Below, piece after piece: positions 39,032-48,896 of a stretch of 64,000 bases of DNA. The stretch comes from an uncultured Gammaproteobacteria bacterium (GTDB taxonomy: Bacteria; Pseudomonadota; Gammaproteobacteria; PS1; Pseudothioglobaceae): contig CAJXHL010000001.1 of NCBI GenBank assembly GCA_913054335.1, forward strand, positions 22,502-86,501. The letters run 5' to 3'. Each line of letters begins with the position of its first letter. Positions within the stretch are counted from its first letter, which is position 1. The position numbers were made by a program, and so were the translations under genes. The notes below the pieces were generated by a model. It had not been told where the DNA came from, did not search any database, and saw only the letters and a list, made by a program, of their open reading frames with translations.

Positions 39032-39497
39032 AACTTGCGACATATCCGATGCGTTGCATCCCGAAGTGCAATATCTAGAGCCCGGCTATCAATCTTTTGG
39101 TGGCAAGTCAAGTTTTAGTGGTCGCATTCAAACGGTTAAGTGTTTTGAGGATAACTCTCTTGTTAGGGAAAAAGTTTTTTCTAATGGTGCTGGATGTGTT
39201 TTGGTGGTCGATGCTGGCGGCTCGAAGCGTTGTGCTATGTTGGGCGATATGTTGGCTGCAAAAGCCGTGGAGAATGGTTGGCAGGGTATTATTATGCACG
39301 GTCTTATTAGAGATTCTGCTGATATTAACCAAATGGACATCGGTGTTAAATCTCTGGGAACTTTTCCCTTAAAAAGCGTCAAAAATGGCGTGGGTGAGGT
39401 GGATATTGAAGTTTCTTTTTCTGGTGTAACCTTCACGCCGGGAGACTATTTATACGCCGATGAAGACGGCGTAATTACAGTTAAGGAGAAATTATGA
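39024..39497 (+). CDS. rraA: RraA family (RNase E inhibitor / HMG-aldolase-like)
   Basis: TCDISD, FGG...F.G...TVKCFEDN, VLVVDAGGS.RCA.LGD, ADEDG. Confidence 0.92.
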   Translation: MNKTCDISDALHPEVQYLEPGYQSFGGKSSFSGRIQTVKCFEDNSLVREKVFSNGAGCVLVVDAGGSKRCAMLGDMLAAKAVENGWQGIIMHGLIRDSADINQMDIGVKSLGTFPLKSVKNGVGEVDIEVSFSGVTFTPGDYLYADEDGVITVKEKL

Positions 39498-39907
39498 AAC
39501 AAGTACTAAAGCTCGTGCTTGAAGATGCGAGAATAATGATGGATGGTGCAATCAATAAAGCACTCGAAATAGGTGTGGATATGGATATTGCTATTGTGGA
39601 TGATGGTGGGCATTTGATGTTGTTTACGAGAATGGATAATGGAAGAATTACAAGCATTAACATTTCAATCGACAAGGCCTTCACTGCCGCAGCTGCTAGA
39701 AAACCAACGTCAGATTATGCTAAAGCTGCCCGTAATCACGGCCCAGCTTTTGGCATCCAAACGTCACATCAAGGCCGTTTTTGTGTTGTTGGCGGTGGCT
39801 TGCCATTATTTGTCGAGGGTCAAATCGTTGGTGGAATTGGTTGCAGCTCGGGTACACCTGATCAAGATACAGTGGTTTCTCAGGCTGGACTTGACGCACT
39901 GATATAA
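39494..39907 (+). CDS. glcG: GlcG/HbpS-family heme-binding protein
   Basis: IAIVDDGGHL..F.RMD, KAFTA, GGLPL...G..VGGIGCS. Confidence 0.8.
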   Translation: MKQVLKLVLEDARIMMDGAINKALEIGVDMDIAIVDDGGHLMLFTRMDNGRITSINISIDKAFTAAAARKPTSDYAKAARNHGPAFGIQTSHQGRFCVVGGGLPLFVEGQIVGGIGCSSGTPDQDTVVSQAGLDALI

Positions 39908-40055
39908 AAATAACAAAGTGGGCGGTATGATGGATTAGGCAGCATCGCCCCAATAAAGTAACAAAGTGTTAATTTTCTGTAGTATTGTGTTAATTATTTA
40001 GAGTATATAAAAGAATATACTCGTCAGTATTTCAACAACTTATAGGGGGTGTTTA

Positions 40056-42227
40056 ATGGCGGACTTGCTGCTTCAGGACTCGAAAGTTTCAAATAGCAAG
40101 GTTGAGTTTGATGGTCTTGAAATTGATCGTGACTTTTATATTTTTATTGAGACCGAAGTTTGTGCGGGTTTGGCGATAGATGTGCAAGAGTTTTTTTCAT
40201 CTCTTGCCTTAATTGTTTCGGCGTTGTCTGTAAAAAATAGCGATCTTCTTAATAAAAGAGACGAACTACAAACGCAAATTGATGCGTGGCACACACAAAA
40301 TATAGCCAATTTTGATGCCAGTAAATACAAAGACTTTCTCACTAACATTGGTTATGTTTTGCCACAACCCGATGACTTTTCGATAGAAGTTGATAATGTT
40401 GATGACGAGATAACTCTTATTGCTGGCCCACAGTTGGTGGTACCTATTTCTAACGCTCGGTTTTCCCTCAATGCCGTCAATGCAAGGTGGGGCAGTTTGT
40501 TTGACTCACTGTATGGTACTGATGTCATTCCTAACAAGGGCAGCATGGCAACTTCTTTTGCCCACAATCTCCATCGCGTTAAGAAAACAGCCGAGCTTGC
40601 TTGTGACTTTCTAGATGAAGTAGTGCCGATCAAAGGTGCTTCATACAGGCAAATAATCGCTGTTGAAAAGCACCCCAGCCAGCTCATTTTTATCTTGAGT
40701 AATGGTCAAAATGCCGCCTTAGTTGATGAGAAAAAATTCATCGGATTCTCCTCTTCTGGCAACATATTGTTGCTGAATAACAATCTTCACATGGAGATTG
40801 TTTTGGATCAAGAAAGCAGTTATCACAAAAGTGGTATTTTTGATGTTTTATTAGAGTCTGCAATTAGCACTATTGTTGATTTCGAAGATTCGGCCTCAAC
40901 CGTTAGCGGCGAGGAAAAAATCGACGCCTATCGTAATTACTTGGGTCTAATGAAAAGAGATCTGAGCTTTAGTTTCGTCAAGAATGGTGAAAAACTTGAG
41001 CGCGATATGAATGAAGACCTCAGTTACACAGATGTTAAGGGTCGCTCGAAGAACTTGCCTGGCTGCAGTCTGATTTTGGTTAGACATGTGGGCCTTCATA
41101 TGTTTACCGATTTAGTTAAAGCACCGAATGGTGACTCAATTCCAGAAGGTATATTGGATGTAATGGTAACAACTTTAGCTGGTTTGCATGACTTGACATC
41201 CAAACGTAATTCTAAAAAAGGCAGTCTTTATGTGGTCAAACCAAAAATGCACAGCCCAGCTGAGGTGGCATTTACGGTTAAGCTGTTCTCATTGGTAGAG
41301 AAAGCCCTTAACTTGCAAGAAAACACCATAAAAATAGGCATTATGGATGAGGAGCGACGAGCCACTCTTAATTTAAAAGCTTGTGTTAAAGAAGCGAAAA
41401 ATCGGATTATTTTCATCAACACCGGCTTTTTGGACAGAACTGGCGATGAAATCCACACTTCGATGCTTGCAGGACCGATGCGGCGTAAAAATGAAATTAA
41501 AGAGGAGGTTTGGCTTGATGCTTATGAAAGAAACAATGTCAGCGTTGGCTTGCAAAGTGGTTTCTTCAAACGCGCTCAAATTGGCAAAGGTATGTGGGCA
41601 CAGCCTGATTTAATGCGAGACATGCTGGATACCAAGATGCTGCATTTAGAAGCGGGTGCGAGTTGCGCCTGGGTGCCTTCGCCAACAGCTGCTACGCTGC
41701 ATGCTACACATTATCATCGCTTCTCGGTGCATCATCGTCAGCAAGAACTTCAAGAAAGTTTGCAGGTTGATCAAGAAGATCTATTAAAACTACCATTGAT
41801 GAAAAGCACTGAAAATCTTTCCAAAGAGGCCATTTCGGGTGAAATTCATAATAACGCACAAGGCATTCTTGGTTACGTGGTTCGTTGGGTTGATCAAGGT
41901 GTTGGCTGCTCAAAAGTACAAGACATCAACCATGTGGGTCTAATGGAGGATCGTGCTACTTTGCGTATTTCCTCACAACATATGGCTAATTGGCTACACC
42001 ATGGCATTTGCTGTGAAGAGGAGGTGCGTTCAGCTTTTGAAGAAATGGCTGTCCTTGTTGATGGGCAAAACAAGAATGACCCTAATTACCAAAACATGGC
42101 GCCAAGTTTTGATGGCTTTGCCTACCAAGCCTCTTTAGCACTTGTTTTTGAAGGCAAAGAGCAGCCTAACGGCTACACTGAAGATGTGTTAATTCGCTTT
42201 AGGCGTAAAGTACTAGGGCTTGATTAA
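40056..42227 (+). CDS. glcB: Malate synthase G
   Basis: AGPQLVVP, NARWGSL, NTGFLDRTGDEIH, AWVPSPTAATLH, MEDRATLRISSQ. Confidence 0.97.
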   Translation: MADLLLQDSKVSNSKVEFDGLEIDRDFYIFIETEVCAGLAIDVQEFFSSLALIVSALSVKNSDLLNKRDELQTQIDAWHTQNIANFDASKYKDFLTNIGYVLPQPDDFSIEVDNVDDEITLIAGPQLVVPISNARFSLNAVNARWGSLFDSLYGTDVIPNKGSMATSFAHNLHRVKKTAELACDFLDEVVPIKGASYRQIIAVEKHPSQLIFILSNGQNAALVDEKKFIGFSSSGNILLLNNNLHMEIVLDQESSYHKSGIFDVLLESAISTIVDFEDSASTVSGEEKIDAYRNYLGLMKRDLSFSFVKNGEKLERDMNEDLSYTDVKGRSKNLPGCSLILVRHVGLHMFTDLVKAPNGDSIPEGILDVMVTTLAGLHDLTSKRNSKKGSLYVVKPKMHSPAEVAFTVKLFSLVEKALNLQENTIKIGIMDEERRATLNLKACVKEAKNRIIFINTGFLDRTGDEIHTSMLAGPMRRKNEIKEEVWLDAYERNNVSVGLQSGFFKRAQIGKGMWAQPDLMRDMLDTKMLHLEAGASCAWVPSPTAATLHATHYHRFSVHHRQQELQESLQVDQEDLLKLPLMKSTENLSKEAISGEIHNNAQGILGYVVRWVDQGVGCSKVQDINHVGLMEDRATLRISSQHMANWLHHGICCEEEVRSAFEEMAVLVDGQNKNDPNYQNMAPSFDGFAYQASLALVFEGKEQPNGYTEDVLIRFRRKVLGLD

Positions 42228-42808
42228 TCGTAAGATTTTCGTCCAGAAAGGGCGTGGGCAATGGTGTTGATGTCGGCGTATTCGAGCTCGCCACCAATCG
42301 GTATGCCGTGTGCAATTCTGGTGGTGTTAATGCTGTGTTTTTTGGCTAAATTGTGAATGTAGTGGGCGGTGACTTCGCCTTCAATCGTGGCGTTGGTGGC
42401 AAGAATAATCTCACCGATTTCTTCGTTTTCAAGCAGACTTTCAAGTTCATCAAGGCCAAGCTCTGCTGCGCCGATGCCATCAATAGGAGAAAGGTAACCA
42501 CTAAGGACGAAGTATTTACCGGAGTACACAGCACTTTGTTCAATAGCATGAATATCGCTGGGCGTCTCCACAATGCATAATTGTGAGCCATCACGTACAT
42601 TGTTTGCGCATATCTCGCAGATTTCTTTTTCAGAGAGTGTGCGGCATCTACTGCAATTTTTGACGTGCTCCATCGCGTCGACCAGTGCTTTGGCCAATTC
42701 AAAGCCGCCTTCACGATCTCGCTCGAGCAGATGGTAAACGAATCGTTGTGCACTTTTTGTGCCGACACCGGGCAGTATGCAGAAGGCTTTGTTTAGTTTT
42801 TCAATCAT
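42224..42808 (-). CDS. recR: Recombination mediator RecR
   Basis: LPGVG.KSA.R, C4 Zn finger, toprim EGEVTAHY, GIPIGGELEY. Confidence 0.96.
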   Translation of the reverse strand: MIEKLNKAFCILPGVGTKSAQRFVYHLLERDREGGFELAKALVDAMEHVKNCSRCRTLSEKEICEICANNVRDGSQLCIVETPSDIHAIEQSAVYSGKYFVLSGYLSPIDGIGAAELGLDELESLLENEEIGEIILATNATIEGEVTAHYIHNLAKKHSINTTRIAHGIPIGGELEYADINTIAHALSGRKSYD

Positions 42809-42828
42809 AGTTAAATATTCATTACAAT

Positions 42829-43134
42829 CTAGAAGGGTAGATTCAACCCACCGGTAACACCTTTCATTTTTTCCTCAGAAATTCTATTGACTTGTGACGA
42901 GGCATCGTTAATTGCCATCATAATCAAGTCTTCAAGCATTTCCTTGTCATTCAGTAAGCCCTTATCAATTTCAACGGCAGTTGTTTGATGTTGGCCATTA
43001 ATGGTGATCTTTATGCCTCCAGACGCTGACTCACCTGTACAACTTAGAAGCTTTATTTCATCTTGCGCAAGCTTTATATCCGACTGCATTTTCTGTGCTT
43101 TTTGCATCATGCTGGCCATGCCACCTTTAAACAT
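42829..43134 (-). CDS. ybaB: YbaB/EbfC nucleoid-associated protein
   Basis: MMQKAQKMQ, GES..G..KIT.NG, EMLEDLI; dnaX-ybaB-recR synteny. Confidence 0.92.
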   Translation of the reverse strand: MFKGGMASMMQKAQKMQSDIKLAQDEIKLLSCTGESASGGIKITINGQHQTTAVEIDKGLLNDKEMLEDLIMMAINDASSQVNRISEEKMKGVTGGLNLPF

Positions 43135-43223
43135 AAATAGCTTCTCCTAAGTAAGTTGTAGTCATTACGGCGTATTATAAGCCGAAGGCAAACACGTAAT
43201 AGATTAAACCTACCTAGGAGAGG

Positions 43224-44900
43224 CTATGCCTCTTGCAAGGGTCTGATTGATTTAACGTCGACTTTGGTGTTTAAGGCTTTTTCTAGTGCTTTAACGCCTT
43301 CGTCGTTCAGATAGTTTGTTTCTAATTCTTGACGCTGTTCTTTTTCAGCGGCGTTTTCTTTTTGCGCTAGCGACTGGTTGTTTGTTTCACCAGATTCAAT
43401 GGCAACACTGATGTCGGTAAAATGCTCTTGAAGTGTCACTTCAATTGCTTTTTGCGTGTTTGCTGTTAACAAGTTACTAAGACCAGAGTCAAGTGTTAGT
43501 GTTAACTTATTGTTTTTAAATTGAGTGAAAAGCGTGTTCTTAACCAGCATCTTTGCTGCACCCTTAAACGGTAGCTGTTGAATTAAAACTTCCCAATCGG
43601 CTTGATTGTTGATGGTTAAGCTATTTGTTTTGGTGTCGGTAATTGTCGTTGATTTTGCTTCAGTCTCTGCTTCTGTTTTGGCTTTTGTGACTTTAGGAGG
43701 GGGAGGAGGTGTCGTGTCTTTTGCTGCTAGCTTTTCCTCGATTTTTGGCTTAACGGCGACTTTGGTTGTTAAATTTGTTTTAGCTTTGGAGCTGGTTTTT
43801 AGAGTTTTTTTTTCACTCTCGTGCTCAGAATGAAAAGCTATCATTCGTAGCAGTGTCATTTCCAGACCCACTTGCTCACTTGGTGCATGAATAAGATCTC
43901 TTTGGCCGTTAATGGCTATTTGGTAATACAGCTGTAAATCGTGAACAGAAATTTGATTTGCAAGAGTGTGTATTTCCTTGGAGCTCTCAGCATTATTAGG
44001 TAAGATTTGAGCGATTGAAATTTGATGAATAAGCGAAGTTAAATCCTTTAGTGCGTTGCCTAAGTTTTCTCCTTGATGGGCGAGCTTTCTGACGAAAGCA
44101 ATGATTTCAGCCGGTTTTTTTTCAACAAGAAGAGTGGCAAGTTCAACAATGTCATCGTGCTTTACGAGCCCCAACATGGCCTTGATGTCTTTTTCTAAAA
44201 CACTACCATTGCCAAAAGAGATTGATTGATCAAGAAGGCTAAGGGCATCACGCATAGAGCCGTTGCCAAAATCAGCAATCTTGGCCAAAGCGGACTCTTC
44301 ATAATCCAGACCTTCGGACTTCATAATGAATTTCAGTTGGGACAGAATTTCATCGTGTGTAAGTTTATTGAGGTTGAACTGTAGGCAACGCGATAGAACA
44401 GTAATGGGTAATTTCTGAGGATCGGTAGTGGCCAATAAAAATTTAATGTGGCCAGGAGGCTCCTCTAGGGTTTTTAAAAGGGCATTAAAACTACTCTTAG
44501 AGAGCATATGCACTTCGTCGATTAGATAGACTTTAAAGCGATCTTTAGTGGGCAAATATTGCGCATTTTCTAAGATTTCACGCATATGATCAACGCCTGT
44601 ATGAGAGGCGGCGTCTAGCTCGATTAAATCAATTGATTGACCTTTGTCGATTTCTATACAGGTTGTGCATTTACCACATGGATTGGCGCTAACACCTTGT
44701 TCGCAATTGATGGACTTTGCAAAGATACGAGCGATGGTTGTTTTGCCAACACCTCGAGTACCAGTAAATAAAAATCCATGGTGCAGGTTATTGTTATTAA
44801 GGGCATTAACTAGGGTTTTAACGGTGTGCGTTTGGCCCACCAATTCTTCAAAAGTATGGGGTCGGTATTTTCTCGCTAAAACTTGGTAGTGCTCACTCAT
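43224..44900 (-). CDS. dnaX: DNA polymerase III subunit gamma/tau (ATG 44900)
   Basis: YQVLARKYRP, GTRGVGKTT, DEVHML, SRC, GSMRDALS. Confidence 0.97.
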   Translation of the reverse strand: MSEHYQVLARKYRPHTFEELVGQTHTVKTLVNALNNNNLHHGFLFTGTRGVGKTTIARIFAKSINCEQGVSANPCGKCTTCIEIDKGQSIDLIELDAASHTGVDHMREILENAQYLPTKDRFKVYLIDEVHMLSKSSFNALLKTLEEPPGHIKFLLATTDPQKLPITVLSRCLQFNLNKLTHDEILSQLKFIMKSEGLDYEESALAKIADFGNGSMRDALSLLDQSISFGNGSVLEKDIKAMLGLVKHDDIVELATLLVEKKPAEIIAFVRKLAHQGENLGNALKDLTSLIHQISIAQILPNNAESSKEIHTLANQISVHDLQLYYQIAINGQRDLIHAPSEQVGLEMTLLRMIAFHSEHESEKKTLKTSSKAKTNLTTKVAVKPKIEEKLAAKDTTPPPPPKVTKAKTEAETEAKSTTITDTKTNSLTINNQADWEVLIQQLPFKGAAKMLVKNTLFTQFKNNKLTLTLDSGLSNLLTANTQKAIEVTLQEHFTDISVAIESGETNNQSLAQKENAAEKEQRQELETNYLNDEGVKALEKALNTKVDVKSIRPLQEA

Positions 44901-44946
44901 GAATGTCGGTTTAACAATTGTGGTGTAAGTAGTGCCGAGAATAGAA

Positions 44947-45040
44947 TCCAACACAAGAAAAAACTATTACCGTTGCTCCCTTCCGGGCCTGGCGGGGTTC
45001 ATAATTATTCATTGTCGGTTTACCCTCGACACTGGGTAAT
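44947..45040 (-). ncRNA. ffs: Signal recognition particle 4.5S RNA
   Basis: Minus strand carries the domain IV motif CCCGCCAGGCCCGGAAGGGAGCAACGG (44971-44997) inside a long stem (CCGACA.../...TGTTGG); lies directly upstream of dnaX. Ends approximate. Confidence 0.9.
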
Positions 45041-45093
45041 ATTTTACTGCAATTGATTCGCCTCAATAGCGAGAAAAAACAGCCAGTGGTCAA

Positions 45094-45936
45094 TTAAACG
45101 TTTAGGCTTTTCTCGACTTGGAAACGATCGTAAACCAAAGACCACAATTCTCCCGCTTGGCCTTGGTTGATTAAAACATCATCGATCTTTGTGATTGGCA
45201 ACACTTCACGTGTTGAACTGGAGACCCAAACTTCATCTGCGTCAAATAAATCCTCTTTTGAAGTTGGGACTTCTTCGATGTTAATGCCGCAATAATTGGC
45301 GCATTCTAAGACAACTTCCCGGGTAATACCTGGCAAGATATGCGGACCCTTAGGGTGGGTGTAAACACAGCCATTTTTAACGATAAAGATATTAGAGCTT
45401 GAGCATTCTGTGACGATATTGTCACGACAAAGAATCACGTCCTCAACATTGTTTTGTTTTGCCTCTTGGGCGTACATAATGTTTGCAAGAAGGGAGGTAA
45501 CTTTGGTGTTGCATTGACTCCAGCGGATATCATCGCGCGTTATTGCCGAAACTCCTTTTAGAAAATCCTCTTTACGCACAACTTCAAATGGGCTTGACTG
45601 CACATAAACAGTGGGCTTAAGTTTGTCATAGGTGTGCTTTCTGTCCGTGTCGCAACCTCTTGTTACTTGCAAATAAATGGATTGATTGTTGTATTGCGGG
45701 TGATAATCGATGAGTTGTTGAAGTATTGCATTCCACTGTTCAAATGTATGTGGATTTGGTATATTGATTGCCTTTAAACTCTCACCCAATCGGTCAAGAT
45801 GTGGCTTAATGCAGAAAATATTACCTTTGTATACAGGAATGACTTCATAAACGCTATCGCCGAATAGAAACCCTCTGTCCATCACTGAAACAAAGGCTTT
45901 ATCTTTTTCGATGTATTTGCCGTTTAAATAAACCAT
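45094..45936 (-). CDS. dat: D-amino acid aminotransferase (class IV PLP)
   Basis: DRGFLFGDSVYEV, YLQVTRG, ILPGITR, SSTREV. Confidence 0.85.
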   Translation of the reverse strand: MVYLNGKYIEKDKAFVSVMDRGFLFGDSVYEVIPVYKGNIFCIKPHLDRLGESLKAINIPNPHTFEQWNAILQQLIDYHPQYNNQSIYLQVTRGCDTDRKHTYDKLKPTVYVQSSPFEVVRKEDFLKGVSAITRDDIRWSQCNTKVTSLLANIMYAQEAKQNNVEDVILCRDNIVTECSSSNIFIVKNGCVYTHPKGPHILPGITREVVLECANYCGINIEEVPTSKEDLFDADEVWVSSSTREVLPITKIDDVLINQGQAGELWSLVYDRFQVEKSLNV

Positions 45937-45949
45937 GGCTAAGACCTAA

Positions 45950-47095
45950 TTAAAAGAGCATTTTAATAGAGTCAACCATTCTTGCAAAAAATCCGGATTC
46001 AGGTGCGTCTTCAAGCGCAACTAATGGCATACGAGCCAATACTTCATCCTTAAAACTAAGTACCAGTTCGCCAACATTATCACCAAGCTCGATTGGTGCT
46101 ACTAGCTTTTGGTATAAATGTATGGTTTGGGTTGTGTGCCTAAATTGGTTGCGAGGTAGGGTTACGTGCGATGAATCAATGACACCGACTTTAATAGTGT
46201 TTTTCTCAGACTTGAATACAGGTACTTGCTGGGAGATGTCATTAATGGATTGTGTTTCAAAGAATCTGAAGCCGTAGTCTAGGAGTTTTTGCGTTTCTGA
46301 GACGCGAATCGTAGGACTATTAGAGCCAAGAACGACGGAAATAAGACGCATGCCAACTCGGTTGGCGCTGGTGACTAAGCAGTACCTTGCTTTTTTAGTG
46401 TAGCCAGTTTTAAGGCCGTCAACAGTGGCATCAGACCATAGCAACTTGTTACGGTTGTTTTGTTTGATGTCGTTGTAAGTGAACTCTTTTTGGCTATACC
46501 ATTTATAGTAATCAGGAAACTCTCGAATGATGGCAGAGGACAAAATGGCCATATCATTTGCTGTAGTGTATTGGTTGTCATTTGGAAGACCTGAAGCATT
46601 TTCGAAATTGGTATTGCTCATACCAAGATCCAGTGCATACTCATTCATGAACAGCACAAACGTACCCTCAGAGCCTGCAACATGTTCTGCCAGTGCCACT
46701 GATGCGTCATTGCCAGATTGAATGATCATTCCCATTAATAAGTCTTTCAGTTTTATCAATTTTCCGACTTCAATAAAACTTCTAGAGCCGCCTGTTTTCC
46801 ATGCTTTTTCACTGATTTTAACTTCATCGTCTAGACTAATAAATTCTCCCTTAATGCGCTGAAAGATAACATAAGAGGTCATTAATTTAGCAAGACTCGC
46901 CGGCGCTCTACGCTCATCCGAATTATTTTCGGCAATAACTTTTCCTGAGTTGTGGTCCAGAATTATGTAGGCAGCAGCGCCGATTACAGGGGCTTCAGGG
47001 ATATAGAATTTTGGGTCTTTTGCCGCACTAACACTGCCAGCTAGAAAAAGGATTAAAAGGGTTTTAATAAGTGAAGATGGTGATAGAAATTTCAT
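45950..47095 (-). CDS. dacA: D-alanyl-D-alanine carboxypeptidase (PBP5/6)
   Basis: PASLAKLM (SxxK), SGNDA (SxN), KTG, C-terminal PBP5 domain. Confidence 0.9.
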   Translation of the reverse strand: MKFLSPSSLIKTLLILFLAGSVSAAKDPKFYIPEAPVIGAAAYIILDHNSGKVIAENNSDERRAPASLAKLMTSYVIFQRIKGEFISLDDEVKISEKAWKTGGSRSFIEVGKLIKLKDLLMGMIIQSGNDASVALAEHVAGSEGTFVLFMNEYALDLGMSNTNFENASGLPNDNQYTTANDMAILSSAIIREFPDYYKWYSQKEFTYNDIKQNNRNKLLWSDATVDGLKTGYTKKARYCLVTSANRVGMRLISVVLGSNSPTIRVSETQKLLDYGFRFFETQSINDISQQVPVFKSEKNTIKVGVIDSSHVTLPRNQFRHTTQTIHLYQKLVAPIELGDNVGELVLSFKDEVLARMPLVALEDAPESGFFARMVDSIKMLF

Positions 47096-47267
47096 AGAAA
47101 GTTGGCTTTAAATAGTTGAAGTGAGTTTTGCTTTAATTGCTCAGATAATTGATAAACAGTCACCGTGTAGCGGTTATCGTGATTATAGCGAGTAATGGCG
47201 TAAAAGTTCCAGAAAGTAAACTAAGTTTGTTTTATTTTGACTAACGCGATTTAAACTGAGCTTGGTT

Positions 47268-48407
47268 TCATCGTTGTAAATATCTTGGCACTTTGTGTTT
47301 ATGAATAGACATGATAATACCAAAGCTTGCCATCAATGTCATTAGTGACGAGCCCCCGTAGCTAACCAATGGAAGGGGTACACCCACAACTGGTAGTAGA
47401 CCAGAAACCATGGCAATATTGACAAAGACATAAGTGAAAAAGATTAGCGATAAACTGGCACCTAACAGTTTAGAGAAGTTATCTTCGCAGCGTAGTGACA
47501 AGCTAAAGCAACGATAGATAATTAATCCATATAATAACAGCAGTAAAAGAACACCAAGAAACCCCATTTCTTCTGCCAAGACTGAAAAGATAAAATCGGT
47601 GGAATCTTCAGGGAGAAAATCGAGTTGAGATTGAGAGCCTTGTTGCAATCCTTTACCGGTGAATCCACCGGAGCCGATCGCAATTTTGGATTGCAAAATG
47701 TGATAGCCAGAGCCAAGTGGGTCGGACTCTGGGTCGAGTAATGTCAAAATTCGCTTTTTTTGATAATTTATTAACAAAAAATTCCAGACAATATACAGTC
47801 CGCTCGAAGCTAGACTCAATAACAAGCCAAAATTAAGCCATGGATTTTTTAGTAATTTGATACTGACACCTGAGAAAAACAAAACATAAACCCCTGAGGC
47901 GCCAATCAAAAGCGAGGTGCCCAAATCAGGTTGTTTTGCAATCAAAAGCACAACGCTAGCTATGGCGCCCAGAGAAATCAATATAGGGATAGCTCTAGGA
48001 GGCATGGTTCTCTCAGAAAGGATAGAAGCAATGGCAATGGGTACAATGACTTTCATCATCTCCGAGGGTTGAAACTTAACCAAACCAAGGTTGAGCCAAC
48101 GCTGTGCACCCCCACCAGAACTACCAAAGAATAACACCATAATAAGCAGAAAAATACCAATAACCATTAGTATAGGCGCTGATCTCTTGAGATAGAGAGG
48201 TGGTATTTGTGCAACAACTAACATCACCCCGGTTGCAAGTGCCAAATGGGTTAATTGTTTATAAACAGGACTTAAAGAACCGCCTGAACTGCTATACAGA
48301 ACCAATAAACCAAGGGCGGAAATAATTGCGATCAGTAGTAGTAGTGGCGTGTCAATTTTAAAGTAGCGATAGAATAGCTTTATTCTTTTGTACAAAAAGG
48401 CAATCAT
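47268..48407 (-). CDS. mrdB: Rod shape-determining SEDS protein RodA
   Basis: GAQRWL..G...QPSE..K, QPDLGT, GYHILQSKIAIGSGG, PLPLVSYGGS. Confidence 0.93.
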   Translation of the reverse strand: MIAFLYKRIKLFYRYFKIDTPLLLLIAIISALGLLVLYSSSGGSLSPVYKQLTHLALATGVMLVVAQIPPLYLKRSAPILMVIGIFLLIMVLFFGSSGGGAQRWLNLGLVKFQPSEMMKVIVPIAIASILSERTMPPRAIPILISLGAIASVVLLIAKQPDLGTSLLIGASGVYVLFFSGVSIKLLKNPWLNFGLLLSLASSGLYIVWNFLLINYQKKRILTLLDPESDPLGSGYHILQSKIAIGSGGFTGKGLQQGSQSQLDFLPEDSTDFIFSVLAEEMGFLGVLLLLLLYGLIIYRCFSLSLRCEDNFSKLLGASLSLIFFTYVFVNIAMVSGLLPVVGVPLPLVSYGGSSLMTLMASFGIIMSIHKHKVPRYLQR

Positions 48408-48766
48408 AAGACTAGCAAACCAACCGCTCGTGCATCTGAGAGCAATAAGTTAAAACTGCTGCAAGCTGAAGTATTGTTCATGCATTCAACGCCAAGACCA
48501 AGCTCTCTAAGAGAAACTTGTTGCTTGGGAGAGAGAAAAATCACCTTTTCGCCCGTTCCAATAATCAATAAATTAAGTGGCTCTTGACACGTGAGTTGGA
48601 AGAGTAGTTTTTTGTCGATTTCATCTAGAGATTGTATTGAAAGTTCTTGGCTATTTGTTGGTGAAATAAAGCAAGGGGTTTTTAATTGTCCATGCGTTAA
48701 TATGATGGTGGACGAATTGAATGAGACAATGGAGTTATGGTTGGCGTCTTGTTGAGTAAATTCCAT
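48404..48766 (-). CDS. Mth938-like domain protein
   Basis: LLIIGTG, GLGVECM...AC.SFNLL. Confidence 0.8.
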   Translation of the reverse strand: MEFTQQDANHNSIVSFNSSTIILTHGQLKTPCFISPTNSQELSIQSLDEIDKKLLFQLTCQEPLNLLIIGTGEKVIFLSPKQQVSLRELGLGVECMNNTSACSSFNLLLSDARAVGLLVL

Positions 48767-48896
48767 TGAAGTGCTAAAGATATTTGGCTATTGGGGGGTA
48801 ATTATATCAGTGTAAAATTAATACTTCATTTGAATTAATTGGCGATATTTAAGTTGTGTCCAGTTATCAGTATCAAGGTCAACAATAATCATCCCT

